Shown here: piece after piece, positions 51,478-63,432 of the stretch
Numbering within the stretch: the stretch's first letter is position 1
Layout: every line of letters begins with the position of its first letter
Assembly: GCA_951406725.2 (NCBI GenBank)
Contig: OX597827.1
Coordinates: 34,844,001 to 34,908,000, forward strand
Length of the DNA stretch: 64,000 nt
Reading direction: 5' to 3'
Origin: Octopus vulgaris
Lineage: Eukaryota
The notes under the pieces: generated by a model
What the model was told of the DNA's origin: nothing
What the model saw: the letters and a program-made list of their open reading frames with translations, nothing else
Database searches by the model: none
Made by a program: the position numbers and the translations under genes

Positions 51478-52640
51478 CTAGCAGAGATACCCGGCGTTGC
51501 CCGGTTACATTCAATTGAAGAATTAGACTTTTCTGTTATATTTTCTGTAATGAACTGGAATACCTATGTTTCAAATTTCATTAAAATTGCAGATGAGGGT
51601 TATTTCCCTCTTTACACACCCTAAAAAATTGTAATCGTACCACATGTATCCCATACTACTGATTTTTATGTGCATATTCCAAAATTCCAGTCTTATAGAA
51701 CCTGTTAAAAGGATTTTGCTCTTGAAATATGGAGGTCATGGAGCTCTAAAATGTGAGAGTTAGCGCCCCTATTGGGGGTGGGCATCTTAATGCCAACCAG
51801 AGAAGTTGAATTGTTGAGAATCTTTTTAATTTGGGTCTTATATCTATTGTTTGAATTTCTTTGAAATAGGAAATATATGTTCACTGGGTTTGTAAAAGAG
51901 AGCAAAGCTACAGGAAACCAAAAGACGAATGATCACAATAAGCAGTCAGCTACAGTACCCTAGTCGTTACCACTCCCAATATAGGATTCCTCACCATCCA
52001 GGTGACAGGCACAGCCGTAAGATGCATTACGAATCTATAGCAATTGGAAGGGCGTGACCCAACTGAAATAAACATGAACAACTGTGTGACGTGAGGGCTA
52101 AGGAGAAATGAAAGCTGGAGTTTGCAAATTACCACTATACTGATACGTAACTGGACAGAGTAAATATACAATCTATAAATGTCTTTGAATAACCAGTCAC
52201 TCATTTGGGAAGACCTTGAAATCAATGTTACCGTGTGGAGACTATGTGTGACCGAGTGATAATAAAAAGACTGAAAGGAGGTCTGCAATCAAATAACTTT
52301 ACTCAACACTTTGCAACTGAATCAGTGGAGGCAAAGATGTCTCTCATTTACTTGACAATTTATGCAGCACATTGCAGAAATCACAATGTAAGTGTATGTC
52401 AAAGCAAACTGTTACACTGTTGTACCATTGAATAAGAAATAATGCCCAACTTTTATGCTTGGGTAACCCTACAACTTCCAAGAGTACAACTGTATTCGTT
52501 TTTGCTTAGATAAAATGACAAAATTGTGGGTGTTAAGTCCCCATGGAGGGGTCTTTCTAACTTTGTAAGAAGATGAAATTTTATAAATATTACTTCATTT
52601 GTATCTAATATATATGACTAAAATTTGGCAGTTAGGGTGT
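51478..52640 (-). mobile_element. Non-autonomous Helitron, long family (copy A)
   Basis: 3' end CCGGGCAACGCCGGG hairpin plus CTAG on minus strand; inverted match to 55640-56748. Confidence 0.8.
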
Positions 52641-52714
<74 letters not shown>

Positions 52715-52938
52715 TACAAAGATAAATTGATAGATTTATCTTTGTATGTGTGTGTGTGTGTGTATATATATAACACCCTAATGGGAGCCTTAACTGCCAA
52801 ATTTTATTCATTTCTTTTATGATCCAAAACTAGGTCAAAAGTACTGAATGGATTTTTATGAAATTTGGAAATTATATTCTATGCATAAGGGCCATAAACC
52901 CCATGACAATTCATATATTTTTACTGTTGGCAAGACTA

Positions 52939-53514
52939 GAGCGATAAAATGAAGTAGCTGTTCGTCAAACGTGATCGATAAAATGACGTAGCGGTTCGCC
53001 AAACGAGATCGATAAAATGACGTAGCGGTTCGCCAAACGAAATTGCTAAAATGACTTAGCGGTACGCCAAACATGATCCATAAAATGACTTAGCGGTTCG
53101 ACAACGAGATCTATAAAATCACTAAGCGGTTCACCAAACGAGATCGGTAAAATGACTTTGCGTTTCGCCAAACGTGATCGATAAAATGACTTAGCGGTTC
53201 GCTATTCAAGATCGATAAAATGACATAGCGGTTCGAGAAATTAAATCGATAAAATGACTTAGCGGTTCGCCAAACGAGATCCATAAAATGACCTAGAGGT
53301 TCGGCAAACGTAATCGATAAAATGACCTAGCTGTTCGCCAAACGAGTTCGATAAAATGACGTAGCAGTTCACCAAACGAGATCAATAAAATGACCAAGCG
53401 GTTCGGTGAACAAGATCGTTAAAATGGATTAGCGATTCGCCAAAAATGAGATCGATAAAATGACCTAGCGGTTTGCCAAACGAGGTCGATAAAATGATGT
53501 AGTGGTTCGACAAA
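52939..53514. repeat. 34-bp minisatellite, ~17 units
   Basis: Consensus GATCGATAAAATGACNTAGCGGTTCGCCAAACGA. Confidence 0.95.
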
Positions 53515-53554
53515 CACACACACACACACACAAACACACAAACACACACACACA

Positions 53555-53596
<42 letters not shown>

Positions 53597-53616
<20 letters not shown>

Positions 53617-54632
53617 TCTAGTTGTGTGAGTGTCTGTCCCCTTCGATTTAGATTCCTAACTCCTCCCACATTTTGCGGTGCAGTTTAACCAAATTCGGGT
53701 ATCTTATAGTCGTGATTCATATCGAGCCCGTCTGACTATTAGCGCGCGTCAACGATGAGTCTACGATTTTAAAAATAATTTAACATAATTTTTTATTCCA
53801 TTTTAATGCATAAAATGCATCGTATGTCGATGGCGGCGGAGTTGGCGTCCACGCTCACAGCTGCACCTGTTTGCTTCTCCCCCTTCCCTCCCTCGTGAAG
53901 CTGTGGGGAAGGGAGTGTAAAGAAATCAACGTCGTAATGCGTTGTGAAGGAAACCAGCGTTCTTTTAGAACAACGACTTCATGGCTTGAAGACACCAAAA
54001 CAAAAATGGCTAAGAAAGCCCGAATTGGCATCTATAAGGGAAGTAACTCTCTAAAAATGCTTATATAGTTATTTCCCTTACAAACCCGAGCAACGCCGGG
54101 CGATACTGCTAGTATATCTATATATATAAAACTGTAGTTGTGTGAGTGTCTGTCTCCTACGATTTAGATTCCTAACTCCTCCCACATTTTGCGGTGCAGT
54201 TTAACCAAATTCGGGTATCTTATAGTCGTGATTCATATCGAGCCCGTCTGGCTATTAGCGCGCGTCTACGATGAGTCTACGATTTTAAAAATAATTTAAC
54301 ATCATTTTTTATTCCATTTTAATGCATAATTTTTCGTGTGTCGATGGCGGCGGAGTTGGCGTCCACGCTCAAACACCTGCACCTGTGTTTGCTTCTCCCC
54401 TTCTTCCCTCCCTCGTGAAGCTGTGGGGAAGGGAGTGTAAGGAAATCAACGTCGTAATGCGTTGTCAAGGAGACCAGCGTTCTTTTAGAACAACGACTTC
54501 ATGGCTTGAAGACACCAAAACAGAAATGGCTAAGAAAGCCCGAATTGGCATCTATAAAGGAAGTAACTCTCTAAAAATGCTTATATAGTTATTTCCCTTA
54601 CAAACCCGAGCAACGCCGGGCGATACTGCTAG
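53597..54632 (+). mobile_element. Two head-to-tail ~516-bp non-autonomous Helitrons (B 53597-54112, C 54117-54632)
   Basis: 5' TCTATATATAAAA (copy C); both end CCCGAGCAACGCCGGG-CGATACTGCTAG|T. Confidence 0.88.
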
Positions 54633-54770
54633 TATATATATATATATATAGTTATCGCCAAACTAATATCCAGTAACGCTGCCGTAATCTCCTTTAGAGA
54701 GACTTAGTAATTTTAATAGTTCTATTATATATATATACATGTGTGTATATGTGTACATTCATATTTATTA

Positions 54771-55159
54771 CTAGCAGTATCACCCGGCGTTGCTCGGGTT
54801 TGTAAGGGAAATAACTATATAAGCATTTTTAGAGAGTTATAGCCCAAAAATAGCAAAAAATGGAAAAAAAATTATGGTAATTTTTTTTTAAATCGTTGAC
54901 TCATCGTAGACAATTTTAGAGAGTTACTTCCCTTATATAATAGCGAAAAAATGCATTAAAATGGAAAAAAATGATGGTAAATTTTTTTTAAAATCGTAGA
55001 CTCATCGTAGACGCGCGCTAATACACAGAAGGGCTCGATATGAATCACGACTCTAAGATACCCGGTTTTGGTTAAACTGCACCGCAAAATGTGGGAGTAG
55101 TTAGGAATCTAAATCGCAGGAGACAGACACTCACACAACTTCACTTTTATATATAAAGA
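54771..55159 (-). mobile_element. Non-autonomous Helitron, short-family variant (copy D)
   Basis: Same termini as B/C on the opposite strand, different internal segment. Confidence 0.85.
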
Positions 55160-55161
55160 TA

Positions 55162-56748
55162 TCAAAGACAATGTCTTTATGTGTTCGTGTATTACTTATA
55201 CATTCGAAAACTGCTGTACCGATCATAATGAAATTTGGAACACAAAATCGAAGCCTAGGGAGAAGGTTAATGCTGTGTGTTTCATACAATTTCATGGACC
55301 AAAATCACTGAATGGATCCTTATGATATTTGAAACTTAGATTCAATGCATTTGTGCGGGTATAATGCAATATGTTTGGTTTGAATTTCATATATTTTCGA
55401 TGTTGATGAAATTTCAACCATGCGTAATTGACACACATCAAGAAGTATTCTCAAAGTTTCCACTTCACATGAGGATTCTAAGACACACTAATGGGGGCCT
55501 TAACTCCCAAATTTTAGTCATTTCTTTTATGATCCAAAACTAAGTCAAAAGTACTGAATGGATCTTCACGAAATTTGGAAATTATATTTTATGCATAAGG
55601 GTCACAACCCCCATGACAATTCATATATTTTTAAACCATAGATATTAGATACAAATGAAGTAATATTTATAAAATTTCATCTTCTTACAAGTTAGAAAGA
55701 CCCACAATTTTGTCATTTTTTCTAAGTAAAGACGAATACAGTTGTACTCTTGGAAGTTGTGGGGTCATCCGAGCATAGAAGATGAGCATTATTTGTAATT
55801 CAATGGTACAACAGTGTAACAGTTTGCTTTGACATACACTTACATTGTGATTTCTGCAATGTGCTGCATAAATTGTCAAGTAAATGAGAGGCATCTTTGA
55901 CTCCACTGATTCAGTTGCAAAGTGTTGAGTAAAGTTATTTGATTGCAGATCTCCTTTCAGTCTTTTTATTATCATTCGGTCACACATAGTCCCCAGATGG
56001 TAACATTGATTTCAAGGCCTTCCCAGATGAGTGACTGGTTATTCAAAGACATTTATAGATTGTAAATTTATTTTGTCCAGTTACGTATCAGTATAGTGGT
56101 AATTTGCAAACTCCAGCTTTCATTTCTCCTTAGCCCTCACGTCACACAGTTGTTCATGTTTATTTCAGTTGGGTCACGCCATTCCACTTGCTATAGATTC
56201 GTAATGTATCGTATGGCTGTGCCTGTCACCTTGATGGTGAGGAATCCTATATTGGGAGTGGTAAAGACTAGAGTACTGTAGCTGAATGCTTATTGTGATC
56301 ATTCGTCTTTTGGTTTCCTGTAGCTTTGCTCTCTTTTACAAACCCAGTGAACATATATTTCCTATTTCAAAGAAATTCAAACAATAGATATAAGACCCAA
56401 ATTAAAAAGATTCTCAACAATTCAACTTCTCTGGTTGACATTAAGATGCCCACCCCCACATTAACTCTCACATTTTAGAGCTCCATGACCTCCATATTTC
56501 AAGAGCAAAATCCTTTTAACAGGTTCTATAAGACTGGAATTTTGGAATATGCGCATAAAAATCAGTAGTATGGGATACATGTGGTACGATTACAATTTTT
56601 TTAGGGTGTGTAAAGAGGGAAATAACCCTCATCTGCAATTTTAATGAAATTCGAAACATAGGTATTCCAGTTCATTACAGAAAATATAACAGAAAAGTCT
56701 AATTCTTCAATTGTATGTACCTGGGGCAACGCCGGGTAACTCTGCTAG
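55162..56748 (+). mobile_element. Non-autonomous Helitron, long family (copy E)
   Basis: A|TC start; ends GGGCAACGCCGGGTAACTCTGCTAG|T. Confidence 0.8.
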
Positions 56749-56799
56749 TATCCAATATATCCTTTAGTTTCAACGATTTAAGAAAGACTAAATCGTTTA

Positions 56800-57810
56800 A
56801 AGTGTGATTTGAAAGGGATTTGATTACTATTTCTAGCAAATCGAACGATCGCCTAGAGGTCCCCGAAGGAGGTTTTTCTTGTTTAATCCCAAGTTTATCT
56901 AACAGAGTTGATGTATAATCAAAGTCATTTCAGTCTTGACCACCCAATCTTGATTTTAGATCTTAGGACAGCGTGATTCAACTTTTCCCTACCTTATTTA
57001 AGACGGCAGGGAGATTTGGTCGTTAACTCTAGCAAGCCAAGTGACCACGTAATAGTTCTTATCGAGTTTCAGTACGAAGGAAATACGTAATGGTTCTTAT
57101 GTTGTTTCATTTGGAGAAGATAATCCATTTTTATAGAGTGTTTCAAACATTTCGATCGATCTTAGTTGCTCCCATCTGTTGTTTGATCGATAACTATAAA
57201 ACACATTCACTGTGAACAAATTATCCGGCTTTGATTAATGCTAGCTATTGTGTAGTCAATTGCTCGATCTCTAATCACATTATATGTATTTTAGGTTTTC
57301 TAATAGCTCTTGCTTTTCCAACCACAGAACAAACTATTCATTATAGTTGTTCCAGTCATGACCTTCCAAACTGCGTTTTTTTTTCCGGTTAATCTAGAGT
57401 TAGATTATCCAATATCGTGTTCCCTTTTAAAATAGTGGGGGTGTTATTTCAGGGAGATTTTTAGTTCTTATCTCTAGTTGATTCAACGACCGTATAGAGT
57501 CTTTTTTAATGGTTCATATTATGTTGGTTTGTTGTTTAGCCCATGGTCAACTCATGCTGAACCATCCCTGCTGAGCCATCACGCCTTTTATATGTGGTAT
57601 CTAGAACTACATGATCTAGTATGTGTTAATCAAATTAAGACAGTGGGGTGTGAATCAGTGAGTGACATAGCAAGGTTTCTCTTAGCCTGCGGGTTGGTGT
57701 GAAAGCCACCTTAAGCATTTGCTCCCCTTCGCACTACTTTTGTTACATTTCTGATGTGATTTGAGGGATATTTGACCATTATTTCTGACAGATCGTGGGG
57801 CAATGTAGAG
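56800..57810 (+). repeat. Cluster of diverged ~200-bp interspersed repeats
   Basis: TTGTTTAGCCC...GATTTG..TATTTCTAGCA motifs, also near 220-360, 3700-4020, 5810-5990, 7425-7610, 61900-62100. Confidence 0.55.
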
Positions 57811-58529
57811 GCTCGCTTATCGGTTAATACTGTATCAGCATACAATATAAGTTCTCGAATATTGGTGTGAGTTGGATTTTATGTTGTCTATACCAGTGGT
57901 TTTAAAATTTAGGTTGTCTACACCAGTTGTTTTAAAATTGAAAGCACCAGCTTCCGCAACCAAATACCCCTCCATCTTTATTAATGAAAAGAAAATCATA
58001 AGTTCGAAGTCTTATAATAATTTCTTTCTTTGACATGATGTTGGGAAAATTCAAAAGTTACGAAATCATCTAATTTTATTTTGCATGGCAATTTGTTCAC
58101 TGCTTTTTCAATCCTCACAGGTCTCCTCAGAGAGAGAGCTACCCTCTATGAGAAACACTGGTCTCTGCTCTTTACTTATTTTTGTAGGGGTCATAAGCGG
58201 CTGTTGAAGGAATGTGTACTGAGGGTTTGTGAATGATAGTAGCGATATCTATCGACACCGTCTTGATATAATTTTGGTCGTAGTTCGTCATTTTATGATG
58301 TATGACACAGGCAATCGACCGGACGCTTGGGTTCAGTCTAAAGATCCATGTTCCCGGCATAGTTTAGCTTTGCATAGTTGAGGACCATACTTGATACTCT
58401 AACATGTGGTGGTTGGTGTTTAGCTCCACCTACAACAAATAGTTCCTAAAAGGTAAAAAGAGAAAAAATACTCAAAATGAGCAAAGTTCAATGAGTATTG
58501 AACTGTCACTGGGAAATCAATTGAAAATG

Positions 58530-59972
58530 TCAAATATAAATAGTTTTGGAAAGTTTTTTCGGCCAGTGAACAGTTCTGCCTGACCTCGTAACATAAGGTC
58601 TGGTCGAGGCAGGCTGCGACGACGAAGGTGGTGATGTCGATGTTGGTGTTGATGATGGTGCATGTGTAAATAGTGGTGTTGTCAAAGGTGCATGTGAAGG
58701 TTCAACGATGGTTGTGGCAGTGGGGTCATTAAAAGATGTGGACACCTCAAAATATGCCCTTTTAAGACGATCTACGGAGACGGTCTCCGAACGACTGTTA
58801 ATTTCAAGTTTGAATACCTTCGGCGTGCGAGAAATCACACGAAAAGGTCCTTTATAAGGAGAAACAAGAGGTCCTTTGACAGAATCATCACGAATAAAAA
58901 CATGCGTCCAAGAATTAAGGTCTGATGGCACACTAGAAGGAGGATTTTTGTGTCGAGGGTCCATAGGAGGAAGGGCAGAAAAATATCTGCGTAATCGAGC
59001 AACATAAGACTCTAAATTAAGAGACTGTGACTTGTCTGGCACCAACATCGTACCAGGCAATGCCAGTGTGGTACCATACAAGAGCTCGGCAGACGAAAAA
59101 CCAAGGTCTGCTTTAATCGCAGTCCGACATCCAAGCAGGACGATCGGTAGAATTTCAGTCCATGACTGTGGATTCGGCGAGGCACGCAAAGCGGCCTTAA
59201 GTTGCCTATGGAAACGCTCCACCATCCCATTAAAAGCGGGGTGGTAACTTGTGGTGCGTATATGATGCATCCCCAGGATTCGTGATAACTCACGAAACAA
59301 TGCAGACTCGAATTGTCGACCACGATCTGTGGTTAAACTGTACGGTACACCATACCTCGAAATCCAATTAGATACGAAAGCCCTCGCAACAGTTTCAGCT
59401 GAAATGTCTGCTATAGGAATAGCTTCCAGCCAGCGTGAAAAGCGATCAATACAAGTTAAAATGTATGAGAACCCGCGACTCACAGGCCATGGTCCAACCA
59501 AATCAAGGTGGATATGGCGAAAACGGGCTTCAGGAGAGGAAAATTGTCCAAGTGGAGCACGAACGTGTCTATGGACTTTAGCACTCTGGCACCTCAAACA
59601 AGAGCGTGCCCAAGAGGTAATTGATCGTCGCATATTGGGCCAGAAGAACCGAGCAGTAACAAGCTTTACTGTGGCAGAGATACCTGGATGTGACAGTGAA
59701 TGAAGAGCATCAAACACAGAACGTTGATGTTTCTCAGGTACTAATGGTCTAGGTGAACCGGTAGAAACGTCACAAAGAATAGAGCCTTCCGCTGTAGGGA
59801 GCGGAAGGTAGACAAACTTACAGTTAATAAACTTAGGCGAAGTTAAATCCAACTCCTCTAAAGGTGGTTGATCCTGCGAAATAGCAGTTAAATCAATTGC
59901 TGCAGGAGAGGAAATGGAATTGACAGGGAGTCTAGAGAGAGCATCTGCAGGGACGTTCTCACTGCCTGGCAC
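58530..59972 (-). mobile_element. Ty3/Gypsy integrase region (CsRn1/Kabuki-like), 480-aa open fragment without gag/RT
   Basis: HSLSH..CLRC zinc motif, [36 protein letters not shown]. Confidence 0.92.
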
Positions 59973-59973
59973 A

Positions 59974-60588
59974 TGCCTGGTACGATGTTGGTGCCAGACA
60001 AGTCACAGTCTCTTAATTTAAAGTCTTATGTTGCTCGATTACGCAGATATTTTTCTGCCCTTCCTCCTATGGACCCTCGACACAAAAATCCTCCTTCTAG
60101 TGTGCCATCAGACCTTAATTCTTGGACGCATGTTTTTATTCGTGATGATTCTGTCAAAGGACCTCTTGTTTCTCCTTATAAAGGACCTTTTCGTGTGATT
60201 TCTCGCACGCCGAAGGTATTCAAACTTGAAATTAACGGTCGTTCGGAGACCGTCTCCGTAGATCGTCTTAAAAGGGTATATTTTGAGGTGTCCACATCTT
60301 TTAATGACCCCACTGCCACAACCATCGTTGAACTTTCACATGCACCTTTGACAACACCACTATTTACACATGCACCATCATCAACACCAACATCGACAAC
60401 ACCACCTTCGTCGTCGCAGCCTGCCTCGAACAGACCTTATGTTACGAGGTCAGGCAGAACTGTTCACTGGCCGAAAAAACTTTCCAAAACTATTTATATT
60501 TGACATTTTCAATTGACTTCCCACTGACAGTTCAATACTCATTGAACTTTGCTCATTTTGAGTATTTTTTCTCTTTTTACCTTTTAGG
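59974..60588 (+). repeat. Inverted duplicate of 58445-59059 (integrase C-terminus plus 3' flank)
   Basis: 615 bp, 8 substitutions counted by eye. Confidence 0.95.
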
Positions 60589-60707
60589 TGAATTAAAAAA
60601 AATTTTTTTTTTTAAATAGATATACTTTATTGTTTTATACCGGTGAGAAATCAGTGGTATATCTGATATCCTTTGTTCTGGGCACGCAAGGCTGAAAGTT
60701 AATCGCT

Positions 60708-61239
60708 TGTAAGATTTACAATGTTCAGCCGCTAAAAACAGAACGGGTTAAAGATGGCCGCAGAATATGAAGACGATGTTGTCCGCAACAATTTGGTAAA
60801 AAACCTTCGGCCGACTGCTATCAAAGCTGGACAGAGAGAAATATACGTCTGCTGGTATCAAAGGCCTTCTGCTGTCTCTCTGCTGTCTCTCTGCTGGACG
60901 CTGATGGGCAAGGTTTTTGCGTTCCCTTGCCTCTTTTCTAAGGGTCGCTTTTCCTAGCCAATCAGCTAATTCCACGAATAGCAATATTCCCTCTTCTGTT
61001 GATGAAAACACGCGCGAATCAGAAAAGGGCGTTGCGCGCGCGCGCTGTTGTATAGCGTCACTACAGTTCCGTTATTCGGAGGACTTCTTTCATCTCAACG
61101 AATGTGAATTGCTGCTATATTTCCTTCGTACTGAAACTCGATATTTCGCATCCTACGTCTTTTAATCGTATTCTTTTATATAAATAATTGGTGAAATTGC
61201 CTTGAGATTTCCAAGAGAAACAGTAAAAATCTTGTTACA
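60708..61239 (+). mobile_element. Candidate LTR (~530 bp) or host CpG-rich promoter
   Basis: TGTAAGATTT ... AAATCTTGTTACA near-inverted termini; CCAAT box; YY1-like AAGATGGCCGC; no PPT or TSD seen. Confidence 0.45.
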
Positions 61240-62119
61240 ATTCAAGAAGTTATTGGAACTTTTTTGAGATAGTTCTGTGTCTTACTTTAGCTAATCTCAT
61301 GCCCAACCGGAGAATATGAAATATTTTGGCGCAGCAGTTTTGGTGCTGCCTATTTGGCATCGATGATTCGACGCTGACTTACTTGATATAAAATGTTTTT
61401 ATGTTTCTCTCGTTTTAATGTTTCCCTTGTTCTCTCTTTACTTTTCTTTTCCTCTCTTTTTCTCTGTGTGTGCGTGTGTGAGAGAGAAGTGTATGAGGAG
61501 ATGTTCAATTTATTAATTGTAATAACTCTTTCTCCTCCTCTCCCTCTCTTTCTATCTGTTTGTGTATATTTCTACTCGTACGTGTACTTGTGTGTATGTG
61601 TGCATGAGTTTATGTGTGCGTGTGTGTATATGAGTGTATATACACACAAACACATGTATATACACTGACAGGCTATAGTAGAAGCCACTTGCCCAAGGTG
61701 CAATGCAGTGGGACTGAATCGGAGCCATGTAGTTATGAAGCAAATTTCTTACTTTCTGGAAGGTCAAAAGATCGCATAGAGGCTTGAAAGCGATTGTGTA
61801 AAAAGTGACCAGGACTTCAAGAGTTGAAGCTTACTGTTTCAACAAACACTAGAATCCATAGAAATTGAATTGACTGTCTGTAGAGGATGAACACTGCAAG
61901 CAACGTGGCAAGAACTACTTGGTTGCTCGACCTACCAGAAATACCAGCCATATCGCCCTTTACATCGCATCCACTATCTTAGAAAGGAAGCACATATTGT
62001 ATAAGGTAGCCAGTTATTCAAAACCAGAAAAAAGGCATCCTACGGAAAAAAAAAAACGGTGGAAAGGTCACAACACTGACCTAGGAATAAACGACTGCCG
62101 CTACAAGCACAACTGTTAC

Positions 62120-62162
62120 CACTGCCACCTCCACAACCACCACCACCACCACCACCACCACC

Positions 62163-62194
<32 letters not shown>

Positions 62195-62212
62195 AACAAC
62201 AACAACAACAAC
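62120..62212. repeat. (CAC)n(AAC)n microsatellite
   Basis: Directly visible. Confidence 0.9.
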
Positions 62213-62595
62213 TCTCTGCTGGATTGTTCATTATGTTTCTTAGCTCGGCAGAACTATGCTATGTCGGCAGCAAGGGTCATAAAGGTCAATTAGTCGTTCG
62301 GTCGAAGGGCTGTCGGATAAGAATTGATCTAAGGTTACGCAACAACAACAGCAATTTAATACCTCTCACTATCTCTTCATAAAAAGTTGTATTTGTAATG
62401 GTTTCTTTAAATAAGCAGAAGCAAAGAAGTTTGCTGGGAGGGGAATGGTCAATTATATCGATTCAGTACATGATTAGTATTTTATTTTAACGATTGCGGA
62501 AAGATGAAAAGCTTAGTTGTCCTCGGTGAAATTAAAACTCGAAATGTAAAGAGCCAAAATTAATACTGTAAAGTTTTTTGGTCGACGTTCTAACG

Positions 62596-62700
62596 CAGTG
62601 GTTCTCACCCGAGGTCCATATGTTCCCGAGTGGGGTGGGAGATTCCATATAAGCTTTATGGGGGGTCCAAGCCAGCAAAATAGTAAATTGGCGATCCACG
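62596..62700 (+). mobile_element. hAT-like MITE end
   Basis: CAGTGGTTCTCACCC..GGTCC start typical of hAT/Charlie TIRs; related GGGGTCCAC segment at ~63090. Confidence 0.4.
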
Positions 62701-63139
62701 AGGATCAGTTAATTATGATTTTATTCAACATATTCTCATCTCAGATTCACAAACTTCAGTTTTTCTAAGCCCTGCAAAATAACTCGGAAGGTTGGGCCTC
62801 CAACCAGGCCTTTCCCGACACCCTTAAAGCCAGGAACTTTTTAGCACCCACTCGTACTATATTAAGAACCCTTAATATTAAGATCCTTAATATATTAAGG
62901 GCCCTTAAAAAAAATGTTACTTTGGTTGTATTTATCACAAGAAACAACTAGGTTTCTTTCTTTGACATTTTACATACTTCGGCTTACACAAGTTCATATG
63001 TGAAAAGATGAAGAGCAAAACAGGAATTTTGAAAGAGGTAAATATAAAACTAGTTTTAAAAAATCGAATGGCTATGGTGGTGGTGGTGGGGGGTCCACTA
63101 TAATAAAATTGGGTCCTTTTCTGTTTGGCTGTACCTCTC

Positions 63140-63432
63140 TTTACTCTATTACTCTTTTACTTGTTTCAGTCATTTGACTGTGGCCATGCTGGAGCAGCAT
63201 CGGTTGTCAAGCGATGTTGGGGGGACAAACACAGACACATAAACATACACATACATATACATACATACATGTATACATACATATATATATATACACATAC
63301 ACGACGGGATTCTTTCAGTTTCCGTCTACCAAATCCACCCATAAGGCTTTGGTTGCCCAAGGTGCCACGCAGTAAGACTGAACTCGGAACCATGTGGTTC
63401 ATAAGCAAGCTACTTACCACACAGCCACTCCT
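63140..63432 (-). mobile_element. SINE family 1 with internal deletions
   Basis: Reverse complement of 769-1156. Confidence 0.8.

Noticed and set aside
52939-53514. CRISPR-like regular repeats
   Set aside because: Units are contiguous with no unique spacers; eukaryotic context; no cas genes
53871-54588. Duplicated small protein gene (65 and 88 aa)
   Set aside because: Lies inside tandem non-autonomous Helitrons; no recognisable domain
58170-58370. Possible exon after an acceptor-like TTATTTTTGTAG
   Set aside because: No sustained reading frame or partner exons; not supportable without RNA data
58530-59972. Domesticated integrase host gene
   Set aside because: Starts at a GTG at the rearrangement junction, has no exon or promoter support, and shows no sign of purifying selection between arms
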